Assembly (NCBI GenBank): GCA_028708155.1
Contig: JAQVZN010000001.1
Coordinates: forward strand, 1 to 40,996
Length of the DNA: 40,996 nucleotides
Source: Minisyncoccota bacterium
Lineage (GTDB): Bacteria; Patescibacteriota; Minisyncoccia; Minisyncoccales; Minisyncoccaceae
Reading direction: 5' to 3'
Shown: positions 1 through 8,439 of the stretch, in pieces
How the letters are laid out: the number at the start of each line of letters is the position of its first letter
Numbering within the stretch: position 1 is the stretch's first letter
Notes under the pieces: model-generated
Told to the model about the DNA's origin: nothing
The model's input: the letters and a program-made list of their open reading frames with translations, nothing else
Databases searched by the model: none
Program-made: the position numbers and the translations under genes

Positions 1-13
1 TAAATTAAAAAAT

Positions 14-205
14 ATGAAAAGATTATATAAAAGTAAAGAAAACAAAATTTTAGCAGGAGTAGTAGGAGGGTTAGGAGAATATTTTGATATTGATCCTACT
101 TTATTAAGATTAATTTGGCTTTTATTAGTTGTTTTTACAGGAGTTTTTCCTGGGATAATAGTTTATATTATAGCTTGTTTGATTATACCTACTTACAATG
201 ATTGA
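14..205 (+). CDS. PspC-domain small membrane protein
   Basis: 63 aa. The N-terminal LYKSKENKILAGVVGGLGEYFDIDPTLLRLIW matches the PspC-domain pattern and is followed by one hydrophobic helix. The stop overlaps the next start (ATGATTGA). Confidence 0.75.
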   Translation: MKRLYKSKENKILAGVVGGLGEYFDIDPTLLRLIWLLLVVFTGVFPGIIVYIIACLIIPTYND

Positions 206-1100
206 AGAAAAAAAGAAAGTTCTATTTCTAACAAAATATAAATATAATAAACCCGAGAAAAAAACATCTACAACAATTCTTTGTGATCACATCAAAGGAA
301 GAGGTCATAAAATATATTATGCGGATCCAAACGAGATTAACATTATTTTGAATAAAGATAATGTTAGTGTTTTTTATGGTGATATAGATATTACAGACGT
401 TGATATTGTAATCTCTAGAAATACGAAAGGAGTTGTAGAAAAAGTTGATCAAATAATTAAAATATTAAAATCAAAAGGAGCGGCTATTTTTGGACACGAA
501 GAGAAGACTCCTTTTTCTTATAGAAAATTTGATAATCATTTAAAGTTTTTAGAATATTTTCCTAAGACTGTTTATTTTGCAAAAAATAATAAAGAAAAAG
601 CTTTAGATTTTTTAAGCAGGGCAGATATAAAATTTCCTTTTATTTTAAAACCAGAAGGTTCTAGTAAAGGAATTGGAGTGGCTTTAATAAAAAACGAAGA
701 AGATTTCGTCTCTTATTTTGATAACGAAGAAGTTAAGAACTATTCAGATTTTATTATGCAGGAGTATTTAGATGTTTTGAATGAGTATAGAGTTTTTATT
801 CTCGGAAAAAAATCTCTTGGAGCTTGTGAGAAATTTGGAGAAAATTTAATTGCTAAGAATTTTGCACAAGGAGGATCTTTTATTTATGTAAAAGATGAGG
901 AAGTAGAATCTTTAGCCGAAAGACTTTCTCTTGAAATAGAGCATCACATTTTAGGATTTGATATTATTAGGACTAAAAGCGGAGAATTAAAGCTACTTGA
1001 AATTAATGCTTGGCCAGCTTTCATGGGTTTTGAAGAAGCTTCTCGTATTAATATGGCGGAAAAGATTTTTGATTATTATTTAGATTGTCTTAATTCTTGA
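198..1100 (+). CDS. ATP-grasp ligase, RimK/alpha-L-glutamate-ligase-like
   Basis: 300 aa. ATP-grasp core motifs are present: FPFILKPEGSSKGIGVALIKNEEDF, IMQEYLD, EYRVFILG and LLEINAWPAF. The size is typical of the RimK family. Confidence 0.7.
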   Translation: MIEEKKKVLFLTKYKYNKPEKKTSTTILCDHIKGRGHKIYYADPNEINIILNKDNVSVFYGDIDITDVDIVISRNTKGVVEKVDQIIKILKSKGAAIFGHEEKTPFSYRKFDNHLKFLEYFPKTVYFAKNNKEKALDFLSRADIKFPFILKPEGSSKGIGVALIKNEEDFVSYFDNEEVKNYSDFIMQEYLDVLNEYRVFILGKKSLGACEKFGENLIAKNFAQGGSFIYVKDEEVESLAERLSLEIEHHILGFDIIRTKSGELKLLEINAWPAFMGFEEASRINMAEKIFDYYLDCLNS

Positions 1101-1175
1101 TTAGAAAAATCTATTTGCAAAATTTTTTTAAAAGTATATTATTATATTAAGATAAGTTAATTATTTTAATTTTAG

Positions 1176-1658
1176 ATGAAAACTATTAATATATTTTTAA
1201 TAATTTTAGGAGTTCTAATTATTGCTTTTGTTTTTTATCAAAATTCAAAAGTAGAAGAAAAAATTCCGGTTAGTTTGTATTACTATAATTCTTCTTTAGA
1301 TCAGGATGAGACGGGAAATATTATGTGTTCTCAAAAAGGAATTGTTGAAGTAAAAAGAGAGATGCTAAAAACAATAACTCCGATTCAAGATTCTATAAAG
1401 CTTTTGCTTAATGGAGATTTAACAGAAGAGGAAAAGGCCCTAGGAATTAGTACAGAATATCCTTTAGATGGTTTTTCTTTGAAAGGAGCATCATTAAAGG
1501 ACGGGGATTTAACTTTAGAGTTTAATGATTTTAATAATAAGACGGTAGGCGGTTCTTGTAGGACAGCAATTTTATGGTTTCAAATAAGAAATACAGCAAT
1601 GCAATTTCCTGAAGTAAAAACAGTAAAATTCATTCCAGAAGAATTATTTCAACCTTAA
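1176..1658 (+). CDS. membrane-anchored GerMN-domain protein
   Basis: 160 aa with an N-terminal TM helix. The pattern VSLYYYN...IKLLLNGDLTEEEKALGISTEYPLDG...LKDGDLTLEFND...IRNTAMQFPEVKTVKF fits the GerMN (germane) domain consensus. Confidence 0.55.
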   Translation: MKTINIFLIILGVLIIAFVFYQNSKVEEKIPVSLYYYNSSLDQDETGNIMCSQKGIVEVKREMLKTITPIQDSIKLLLNGDLTEEEKALGISTEYPLDGFSLKGASLKDGDLTLEFNDFNNKTVGGSCRTAILWFQIRNTAMQFPEVKTVKFIPEELFQP

Positions 1659-1679
1659 TAATTAATAAAATATAAAAAT

Positions 1680-2420
1680 ATGAAATTAGAAAATAAAGTA
1701 GCAATAGTAACTGGAGCTTCTTCAGGACTTGGATTAGCAATGGCAAAGAAATTTTTAGAAGAAGGAGCTAAAGTAGTTTTTTCAGATATTAATGAAGAAA
1801 AAGGGCAAGAGATTGTTTCTAATCTTGAAAATGCTATTTTTGTAAAATGTAATGTTACTAAATCAGAAGAAGTTAATGATCTTGTCAGTAAGGCAGTAGA
1901 AAAATTTGGAAGATTAGACATTATGGTGAATAATGCTGGTACAGCCTCATTAGGGACAGTGGATGTTTTAAGTGACAATGACTGGCAAAGAGTTATTGAT
2001 GTTAATTTATCAGGTGTTTTTTATGGAGTGAGAGCGGCGGCTAAATATATGAAAGAAAATAATATTAAGGGTTCTATTATCAGCACTTCTTCAATATTAG
2101 GAATTAATGGTTTTGTCGGTGCTATATCTTATTGTGCTGCTAAAGGAGGAGTAAACCAGATAACAAGAACAGCAGCAATGGAATTAGCTCCTTGCGGAAT
2201 TAGAGTTAATGCAATTGCTCCTGGGTTTATTAGCACAGAAATGACAAGGGGAATTTTAGAAGACGAAAAAACAAAACAATTTTTGGAAGCTTCTACTCCA
2301 CTTGGAAGAATCGGAGACCCAGAAGATATTGCTAATGCAGCTTTATACTTAGCTTCTGATGATAGTAAATATTCAACAGGAAGCATTCTTTATGTTGATG
2401 GTGGTTGGACAGCAAGGTAA
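1680..2420 (+). CDS. short-chain dehydrogenase/reductase (FabG/glucose-1-dehydrogenase-like)
   Basis: 246 aa. It carries the TGASSGLG cofactor motif, NNAG, a catalytic Ser...YCAAK (YxxxK) and IAPGFI. This is a classical SDR. Confidence 0.9.
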   Translation: MKLENKVAIVTGASSGLGLAMAKKFLEEGAKVVFSDINEEKGQEIVSNLENAIFVKCNVTKSEEVNDLVSKAVEKFGRLDIMVNNAGTASLGTVDVLSDNDWQRVIDVNLSGVFYGVRAAAKYMKENNIKGSIISTSSILGINGFVGAISYCAAKGGVNQITRTAAMELAPCGIRVNAIAPGFISTEMTRGILEDEKTKQFLEASTPLGRIGDPEDIANAALYLASDDSKYSTGSILYVDGGWTAR

Positions 2421-2425
2421 AGGTA

Positions 2426-2454
2426 TTGACAAAAGAATTTAAATATAATATAAT
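2426..2454 (+). promoter_or_regulatory. sigma70-type promoter, perfect consensus TTGACA-17-TATAAT
   Basis: TTGACA lies at 2426-2431, followed by a 17-nt spacer and TATAAT at 2449-2454. I counted this directly in the sequence. A full consensus match is improbable by chance even in AT-rich DNA. Confidence 0.6.
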
Positions 2455-2460
2455 TTAAAC

Positions 2461-2509
2461 AATATTGAGAAGGCGAGGTCTCGAATATTATATGAGATCT
2501 TGCTTTTTT
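2461..2509 (+). promoter_or_regulatory. candidate leader attenuator (alternative antiterminator/terminator hairpins) upstream of the DEAD-box helicase
   Basis: Stem A pairs 2461-2470 with 2479-2489. Stem B pairs 2474-2482 with 2494-2502 and is followed by a U-run. The two stems share 2479-2482. Confidence 0.4.
2474..2509 (+). terminator. intrinsic terminator hairpin with U6 tail
   Basis: CGAGGUCUC pairs with GAGAUCUUG (9 bp including 2 G-U pairs) around an 11-nt loop, followed by CUUUUUU at 2503-2509. Confidence 0.6.
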
Positions 2510-2520
2510 AATTAAAAAAT

Positions 2521-3708
2521 ATGAAAACATTTAATAAAACAAAAAGTAGATTTGGATCAAGGAGAAGATATGGAGCAAAAGATTTTTCTAGAAGTCAGAA
2601 GAAATTTTCTAATAAAAAAATTGATATTTCAAGATTTATTGCAGAAAGTTCAACAAACAAGACTAAACAAGAAGAATATGTACCTAAACATAAATTTGTT
2701 GATTTTGAAATCGAAGAAAAATTAAAAAATAATATCGTTAAGAAAGGATACGATACTCCAACACCAATTCAGGACCAAATTATTCCTTTTATTTTAGATA
2801 AAAAAGATGTTATAGGTATTGCTAATACAGGTACTGGAAAAACAGCAGCCTTTTTGATTCCTAAAATTAATCATACGCTTTTAAATAAAGCTAGTAAGAC
2901 ATTAATATTAACTCCTACAAGAGAATTAGCTCTTCAGATTGAAGATGAATTTAGAGATTTTGCTAGAGGATTAAGTATTTTTTCTGTTTCTTGTATTGGA
3001 GGAACAAGTATTAGAAAACAATTCTTTGACTTAAAAAGAAATCATAATTTTGTTATTGGTACTCCAGGAAGAATTAAAGATTTAATGCAAAGAAAAGCTT
3101 TGAACCTTTCTTTATTTAATACAATTATTTTAGATGAAGCAGATAGAATGCTTGATATGGGATTTATTGATGATATTAAATTTATCTTAGAAAAGATGCC
3201 AGAAAACAAGCAAGGACTTTGTTTCTCAGCTACTATTTCTCCAGAAATTGAAGGATTAGTTAATAAATTTTTAAAGAATCCAGTTAAGGTTTCTGTAAAA
3301 GTTAGAGAATCTTCTCAAAACGTTGATCAAAGTGTTATCAAAACTCATGATAAATTAGAAACTTTAATCGAACTTTTAAAGAAAAACAATTTCAGCAAAG
3401 TTTTAATTTTTGGAAAAACAAAGTACGGAGTAGAAAAACTTTCTAAATCTTTAAGAGCTAAAGGATTTAAAGTAGAATCAATACATGGAGATAAAACTCA
3501 ATCAAAAAGACAAAAAGCGTTATCTTTGTTTAAAGAAAATAAGATAAATATATTAGTTGCTACTGACGTTGCAGCAAGAGGACTTGATATTGATGATATC
3601 ACTCACGTTATTAATTATGATATGCCTGCAACTTATGAAGATTATATTCACAGAATTGGAAGAACAGGAAGATGTCAGAAAAAAGGAAGTGCTATAACGT
3701 TTGCTTAA
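2521..3708 (+). CDS. DEAD-box ATP-dependent RNA helicase
   Basis: 395 aa. Motifs present: Q motif TPTPIQ, motif I ANTGTGKT, Ia PTRELA, II DEAD, III SAT and VI HRIGRTGR. It has a basic 58-aa N-terminal extension and no C-terminal extension. Confidence 0.92.
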   Translation: MKTFNKTKSRFGSRRRYGAKDFSRSQKKFSNKKIDISRFIAESSTNKTKQEEYVPKHKFVDFEIEEKLKNNIVKKGYDTPTPIQDQIIPFILDKKDVIGIANTGTGKTAAFLIPKINHTLLNKASKTLILTPTRELALQIEDEFRDFARGLSIFSVSCIGGTSIRKQFFDLKRNHNFVIGTPGRIKDLMQRKALNLSLFNTIILDEADRMLDMGFIDDIKFILEKMPENKQGLCFSATISPEIEGLVNKFLKNPVKVSVKVRESSQNVDQSVIKTHDKLETLIELLKKNNFSKVLIFGKTKYGVEKLSKSLRAKGFKVESIHGDKTQSKRQKALSLFKENKINILVATDVAARGLDIDDITHVINYDMPATYEDYIHRIGRTGRCQKKGSAITFA

Positions 3709-3713
3709 ATATT

Positions 3714-3738
3714 AAAAAGCCATTAAGTGGCTTTTTTT
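3714..3738 (+). terminator. intrinsic terminator
   Basis: AAAAAGCCA-UUAAG-UGGCUUUUUUU hairpin lying immediately after the helicase stop codon. Confidence 0.7.
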
Positions 3739-3766
3739 GTTTATCAAAATATGTTAATATTTATAT

Positions 3767-4690
3767 ATGATCGAAATATTTTTTAAAGATATTAAAAGCC
3801 AAAAACTTCAAAAAATAGATGAAGTAAAAAATGGAGCTTGGATAAATATTGAAAATGCTACGGTAGATGATTTAAATTTTGTAAAAAAAATTACTAATTT
3901 GAATTATAGTGATATTGAAGATGTTTTAGATATACACGAACTTCCTCGTATTGAAAGAAAAAAAGAAGCAGTAATTCTTTTTGTTCGTGACGCTCAATTT
4001 TTTAATGGCGATAAAGATATTTCCACAACTCCACTAACGATAATTATAACAAGGAAGAATGTCATTACGGTTTCTATTTCTAAATTAGAAGCGATTAAAT
4101 CTTTAATAGTTAATGGTTTTGATTTCTCAACAACACAAAGAAGTAAGTTTATAATTAATATTTTACTTAATATTTCTAAAAATTTCACAAAAAGTGTAAA
4201 GAATATAAATAATAATATTGAACATCAAAAAGATAAATTAGAAAGAATAACTAATTTAGACATTTTGAAATTAATTGAGAACGAAGAAGTTTTAAGTGAT
4301 TATATTTCTGTTTTAGATCCAATGAAAATTGTTTTTGAAGCAATTGAAACAGGGAAATATATTCCTATTTATAGTTACGACGAAGATTTGATAGAAGACA
4401 TGATTATTAGTATAAGGCAGTCTGTAGGAATTTGTTCTACCAACTTAAAAAGTATTAAAAGTTTGAGAGAATCTTATCAAATTATTTTTACAAATAATTT
4501 AAATAGAACGATTAAACTTTTAACTTCAATTACGGTATTTTTGACCATTCCAACAATGATTGGTAGTTTTTTTGGAATGAATGTTTTAATTCCTTTTGAA
4601 AATAATCCTTTATTATTTTTATATATTATAATTATTTCTTTTGTTATCTCAGGATCTTTCTTTATCTTTTTTATAAACAAAAAATATTAA
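3767..4690 (+). CDS. corA: CorA-family magnesium/cobalt transporter
   Basis: 307 aa. There are two C-terminal TM helices with the GMN signature (FFGMNV) at the end of the first. A soluble N-terminal domain has the typical length. Confidence 0.85.
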   Translation: MIEIFFKDIKSQKLQKIDEVKNGAWINIENATVDDLNFVKKITNLNYSDIEDVLDIHELPRIERKKEAVILFVRDAQFFNGDKDISTTPLTIIITRKNVITVSISKLEAIKSLIVNGFDFSTTQRSKFIINILLNISKNFTKSVKNINNNIEHQKDKLERITNLDILKLIENEEVLSDYISVLDPMKIVFEAIETGKYIPIYSYDEDLIEDMIISIRQSVGICSTNLKSIKSLRESYQIIFTNNLNRTIKLLTSITVFLTIPTMIGSFFGMNVLIPFENNPLLFLYIIIISFVISGSFFIFFINKKY

Positions 4691-5322
4691 ACAAAAAGAA
4701 TATTATAAATTGCAATATAGTGACTGATTGTTCCTAAAAGAACAAAAATATGAAATAATTCATGGAAACCAAATCCTTTAAAAAGATTTGGTTTTTTCAT
4801 AGCGTAAATAACGGCTCCTAAGGTATAGAAAAGACCACCTAAAAGAAGCAAAAATAAAATTAAAGGATATATTCTTAAGGGGTACATTAAAAAAACAGAA
4901 ACCCAACCCATTAAAAGATAAAGTCCGGTAGAGGCCCATCTTGGAAAGTGTTCCCAGAAAGAATTAATAAACATAGCTGAGGCTCCAATGATTGCTAAGA
5001 CCCAAGTAGTAATTAAAATGATTAATCCTAATGGGTTTTCTATAATTAAAATACAGAAAGGGGTAAAGGTTCCTGCGATTAAAAAGTAAATAGAAGCATG
5101 GTCAATTTTTCTTAAGAAGCCTATTTCTGAAGCAGGTTTTCCAAATAAATGATAATTTGTACTAGCTGAATATAGGAAAAAAGAGGTTATTCCAAAAACT
5201 AAAAAACAAACTATTTCTTCGGTAGTTTTAGCATTAATTAAAAGGAAATAAGTTCCTATAACAGAGAGGATAACTCCTATTAAGTGCGAAAATCCGCTAA
5301 CAGGATCTTTTATTTTTATCAT
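4687..5322 (-). CDS. hemolysin III / PAQR family membrane protein
   Basis: 211 aa with seven hydrophobic segments. Family motifs are present: SHLIG, NYHLF, DHASIYFLIAGTFTPF and HELFHIFVLLG. Confidence 0.85.
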   Translation of the reverse strand: MIKIKDPVSGFSHLIGVILSVIGTYFLLINAKTTEEIVCFLVFGITSFFLYSASTNYHLFGKPASEIGFLRKIDHASIYFLIAGTFTPFCILIIENPLGLIILITTWVLAIIGASAMFINSFWEHFPRWASTGLYLLMGWVSVFLMYPLRIYPLILFLLLLGGLFYTLGAVIYAMKKPNLFKGFGFHELFHIFVLLGTISHYIAIYNILFV

Positions 5323-5340
5323 ATATTAATATGATAACAC

Positions 5341-7137
5341 TTATCTACTTTTTCTACTAGCCTTAACTCTATCGTTTTCAGTAAGGTATTTTTTTCTAAG
5401 TCTAATGCTTATTGGTGTAATTTCCAAATATTCATCATCATTCATGATACTCATACCTTTTTCTAATGTTAATTCAATTGGAGGAATAAGAGCAATAGCG
5501 TCATCAGATCCAGAGGCTCTCATGTTAGTTAATTCCTTTCCTTTTGTAGGGTTTACAGTTAAATCAATACCTTTAGAAGTGTTTCCGATAACCATTCCTT
5601 CATAAACTTGAATAGCAGGTTCAATATATAGAGCACCTCTTTCTTGAAGGTTGTATAAAGAAAAACCTAAAGATTTTCCAGTTACCATAGAGATCATAGA
5701 ACCTACTTTGTTTTTTTCAATTTTTCCAGCATATGGTCTAAAACCAATAACTCTAGAATAAAGGATTCCTTCTCCTCTAGTATCAACTACAAAGTCACTC
5801 TTATATCCAAGAAGTCCTCTTGTAGGTATTTCAAAGATAATTTTAGAATTATGATTTTCAGTAATAATAGAAGTCATAATTCCTGCACGTTTTGATAATT
5901 TTTCAATAACGGTTCCTGAACATTCTTCTGGAACAATAATTGTAAGTTCTTCAAAAGGTTCTTGTTTGACACCGTCTTCTTCTTTAATAATTACGGTTGG
6001 TTCTGAAATTTGAAGTTCATATCCTTCACGGCGCATATTTTCTATTAAGATAGCAATATGCATTTCTCCTCTACCATAAACTTTATAAAATTCAGGCGCA
6101 GAAGAAAAATCTATTTTTAAACCAACGTTAATTTCTAATTCTTTTTCAAGTCTTTCTTTTAATTGTCTGTTAGTTACAAATTTTCCTTCACGTCCAGCAA
6201 AAGGGGAATTATTAACTAAAAAGTTCAAAGATATTGTTGGTTCATCAATACTAATAGAAGGAAGTTTTTCTTGATCTTCGTTTTCACACAATGTTTCTCC
6301 AATAAAAATATCAGGAAGACCAGCGATCATAACAATATCTCCAGTGCTAGCCTCAGCAACTTCTTTTCTTGAAGTTCCTTCAAAGGTGAATAGTTTAGAT
6401 ATTTTTCCTTTAGAGATTTCATTTTTATTATTCTTAAGAAGAACGTTCATTCCATCTTTAATAACTCCTTCGTAAACTCTACAAATAGCTAAACGTCCTA
6501 AAAAATTATCGTAAGCTAAGTTAAAAGATTGTGCGAGTAGTGGTTTTTTACTTTTTTCAGTATCTGAAGCTAAAGCCACTTCTTCAAGTACGGTATCTAA
6601 AAGAGGAGTTAAGTCTTTAGAATCATCTTCCATGTTTTTCTTAGCAATACCATCTCTTGAAATAGCGTATAGTGTAGTAAAGTTAAGTTGCTCGTCATTT
6701 GCTCCAAGATCGAGGAAAAGTTCATAAACCATTTCTTTTACTTCCTCTACTCTTGCTGCTGGTTTATCTATCTTGTTAATAACTACAATTGGTTTTAATC
6801 CAAGGATTAATGATTTCCTTAAAACAGATTTTGTTTGAGGCATAGGTCCTTCTTGAGCATCTACAAGTAAGATTACAGAGTCAATAGAACGTAAAACACG
6901 TTCAACTTCCGAACCAAAATCAGCATGTCCAGGAGTGTCCACGATATTTATTTTTGTTTCTTTATAGTATACAGAAGTATTTTTAGAATAAATGGTAATA
7001 CCTCTTTCTTGTTCTAAGGCATTGCTATCCATACTTGCACCTTCTTCTGACATACCGCATTGACGCATAAGAGCATCTGTTAATGTTGTCTTTCCATGGT
7101 CCACATGGGCAATAATTGCTATATTTCTTATTTCCAT
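5341..7137 (-). CDS. typA: translational GTPase TypA/BipA
   Basis: 598 aa. The N-terminus IRNIAIIAHVDHGKTTL is followed by DTPGHADF and NKID G-motifs. Length and C-terminal domain are typical of BipA. Confidence 0.95.
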   Translation of the reverse strand: MEIRNIAIIAHVDHGKTTLTDALMRQCGMSEEGASMDSNALEQERGITIYSKNTSVYYKETKINIVDTPGHADFGSEVERVLRSIDSVILLVDAQEGPMPQTKSVLRKSLILGLKPIVVINKIDKPAARVEEVKEMVYELFLDLGANDEQLNFTTLYAISRDGIAKKNMEDDSKDLTPLLDTVLEEVALASDTEKSKKPLLAQSFNLAYDNFLGRLAICRVYEGVIKDGMNVLLKNNKNEISKGKISKLFTFEGTSRKEVAEASTGDIVMIAGLPDIFIGETLCENEDQEKLPSISIDEPTISLNFLVNNSPFAGREGKFVTNRQLKERLEKELEINVGLKIDFSSAPEFYKVYGRGEMHIAILIENMRREGYELQISEPTVIIKEEDGVKQEPFEELTIIVPEECSGTVIEKLSKRAGIMTSIITENHNSKIIFEIPTRGLLGYKSDFVVDTRGEGILYSRVIGFRPYAGKIEKNKVGSMISMVTGKSLGFSLYNLQERGALYIEPAIQVYEGMVIGNTSKGIDLTVNPTKGKELTNMRASGSDDAIALIPPIELTLEKGMSIMNDDEYLEITPISIRLRKKYLTENDRVKASRKSR

Positions 7138-7218
7138 ATTTGTCTCTTAAAAAATTAAACCCGCCTTAAAAGCGGAACATTATATTAATACTATATTTTT
7201 TTAAAGCGGTCAATATGT

Positions 7219-7240
7219 AAAAACGGGAAGTACCCGTTTT
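7219..7240 (-). terminator. intrinsic terminator downstream of the MliC-like gene (A/T runs on both sides, possibly bidirectional)
   Basis: ACGGG-AAGUA-CCCGU hairpin flanked by AAAAA and UUUU. It lies 6 nt after the stop codon of the minus-strand gene. Confidence 0.55.
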
Positions 7241-7245
7241 GCATA

Positions 7246-7641
7246 TTAATTTTCAGTCAAACAATTGCTGTAAGTAGTGTCATCACCTTCTTGAATAAAG
7301 GCTGTATTTCCTTTATTCCAAAAAACAAAAGATTCGTCTTGATTTGCATAGCGAGCTCCAGAAGCAGAAATAGCACTAAAAAGAATCATATTTCTACCGT
7401 CGCTTAAAGATAATTCAGCTTTATCTGAAAAGAAAATAGCATTTATTGTTTTTTCATTATCGCAAGTAAAGAAAGCAGAAGTTATTTGTTTTTCTTCTAA
7501 GCTGTTACTGCACTCAATTAAGATAGCATTAGAAGCTCCCCACATTTGTCCCAAATAAAAAGCTAAGGCAAAAGTAGCAAGGTAAAGAATAATTGCTATG
7601 ATCATTGAGTATTTAGTTGGTTTTTTCCAATTTATTTTCAT
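7246..7641 (-). CDS. membrane-anchored MliC-like (lysozyme-inhibitor fold) protein
   Basis: 131 aa with an N-terminal TM helix. FFTCDNEKTINAIFF...AELSLSDGRNMILFSAISASGARYANQDESFVFWNKGNTAFI fits the MliC pattern (aSGaRY...W.KG.eA). Confidence 0.55.
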   Translation of the reverse strand: MKINWKKPTKYSMIIAIILYLATFALAFYLGQMWGASNAILIECSNSLEEKQITSAFFTCDNEKTINAIFFSDKAELSLSDGRNMILFSAISASGARYANQDESFVFWNKGNTAFIQEGDDTTYSNCLTEN

Positions 7642-7700
7642 ATTGTTTGTTTAAATTATTTATACTTCTATTATAAAATATTTATTAAAATTTTACAATG

Positions 7701-7728
7701 TTGCTCTTTTTTTGGAAAAGTGTATAAT
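7701..7728 (+). promoter_or_regulatory. candidate promoter TTGCTC-16-(TG)TATAAT
   Basis: TTGCTC lies at 7701-7706, an extended TG at 7721-7722 and TATAAT at 7723-7728. This argues that the downstream CDS starts at ATG 7750 rather than GTG 7720. Confidence 0.4.
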
Positions 7729-7749
7729 TCATCTTTGCGTGGATTAGTT

Positions 7750-8439
7750 ATGTCATTTAAAAAATTTATTATTTTAATAATCATTATTTTTGCAGTTTTT
7801 TATTTTGCAAACGAAGAAAAAGAATTTTTTTCTAAAATTTTTGATAAAATAAATTTTGAAGACATGGTTGCTTCTCTTGAAGAAAAAGAAACCGAAAAAA
7901 CTATTAGAATCTATAATAGTTATCCTTCAGGAGAATCATTAACTCTTAAAGAAGACACTAAACTTCTCTCAAAGACAGACGGAGTGGTTTATCAATTAGA
8001 AGAAGATGTAACCATTCCTGGAATTACTGATGGCAAGCCAGGAAAAGCAGAGGTAAAGGTAATTATTATTAAAAAAGACGACACAAAAATAGATGAAGAT
8101 TCTATTATTACGGTTCCTGGATTAAGTTCAACTGATTATTTTGAGACTACTTGGGGAGAAGTTATTTCAGAAGAAGATAAAAAAATTATAGAAGAAGAGG
8201 AAATTAAAAAAGAAGAAGAGCCTATTTCTACTTTAGTTAGTGGAATCATTAAAAAAGATACTTTTTGGGAACTTAAAAATAGCCCTTATATAGTTAGTGG
8301 AAATATTTTTATACCAGAAAACGTCACTTTATTTATTGAGGCAGGAGTAGATGTTGTTTTTGAGGGTGATTTCGGATTTTTAATAGAGGGAGAAATTAGA
8401 ATGGTAGGTCAAAAAATTAATCCTATAAAAATCAGATAA
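7750..8439 (+). CDS. membrane-anchored hypothetical protein ending in a single beta-helix-type repeat
   Basis: 229 aa from ATG 7750; the track ORF starts at GTG 7720, inside the predicted promoter. It has an N-terminal TM helix and an acidic EEEE-rich linker. The C-terminus WELKNSPYIVSGNIFIPENVTLFIEAGVDVVFEG resembles the first turn of right-handed parallel beta-helix domains. Confidence 0.5.
   Translation: MSFKKFIILIIIIFAVFYFANEEKEFFSKIFDKINFEDMVASLEEKETEKTIRIYNSYPSGESLTLKEDTKLLSKTDGVVYQLEEDVTIPGITDGKPGKAEVKVIIIKKDDTKIDEDSIITVPGLSSTDYFETTWGEVISEEDKKIIEEEEIKKEEEPISTLVSGIIKKDTFWELKNSPYIVSGNIFIPENVTLFIEAGVDVVFEGDFGFLIEGEIRMVGQKINPIKIR

Noticed and set aside
228-452. 74-aa minus-strand ORF inside the RimK-like gene
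   Set aside because: It lies entirely antisense to a well-supported CDS. Its low-complexity I/N/F-rich translation is typical of shadow frames in AT-rich DNA.
1655-2386. Minus-strand ORFs 1655-1978 and 2129-2386 opposite the SDR gene
   Set aside because: These are shadow ORFs of a strongly motif-supported plus-strand gene, and I recognise no motifs in them.
3994-4680. Minus-strand ORFs 3994-4188 and 4477-4680 inside corA, and plus-strand ORF 5405-5605 inside typA
   Set aside because: They are antisense to confident CDSs and have hydrophobic, low-complexity translations.
7141-7216. Short GC hairpin (CCGC-loop-GCGG, about 7160-7176) and a TTGACC-17-TATTAA element on the minus strand in the typA upstream region
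   Set aside because: The stem is only 4 bp, and the -10 candidate lacks the conserved final T. That is too weak to call a leader structure or promoter with any confidence.
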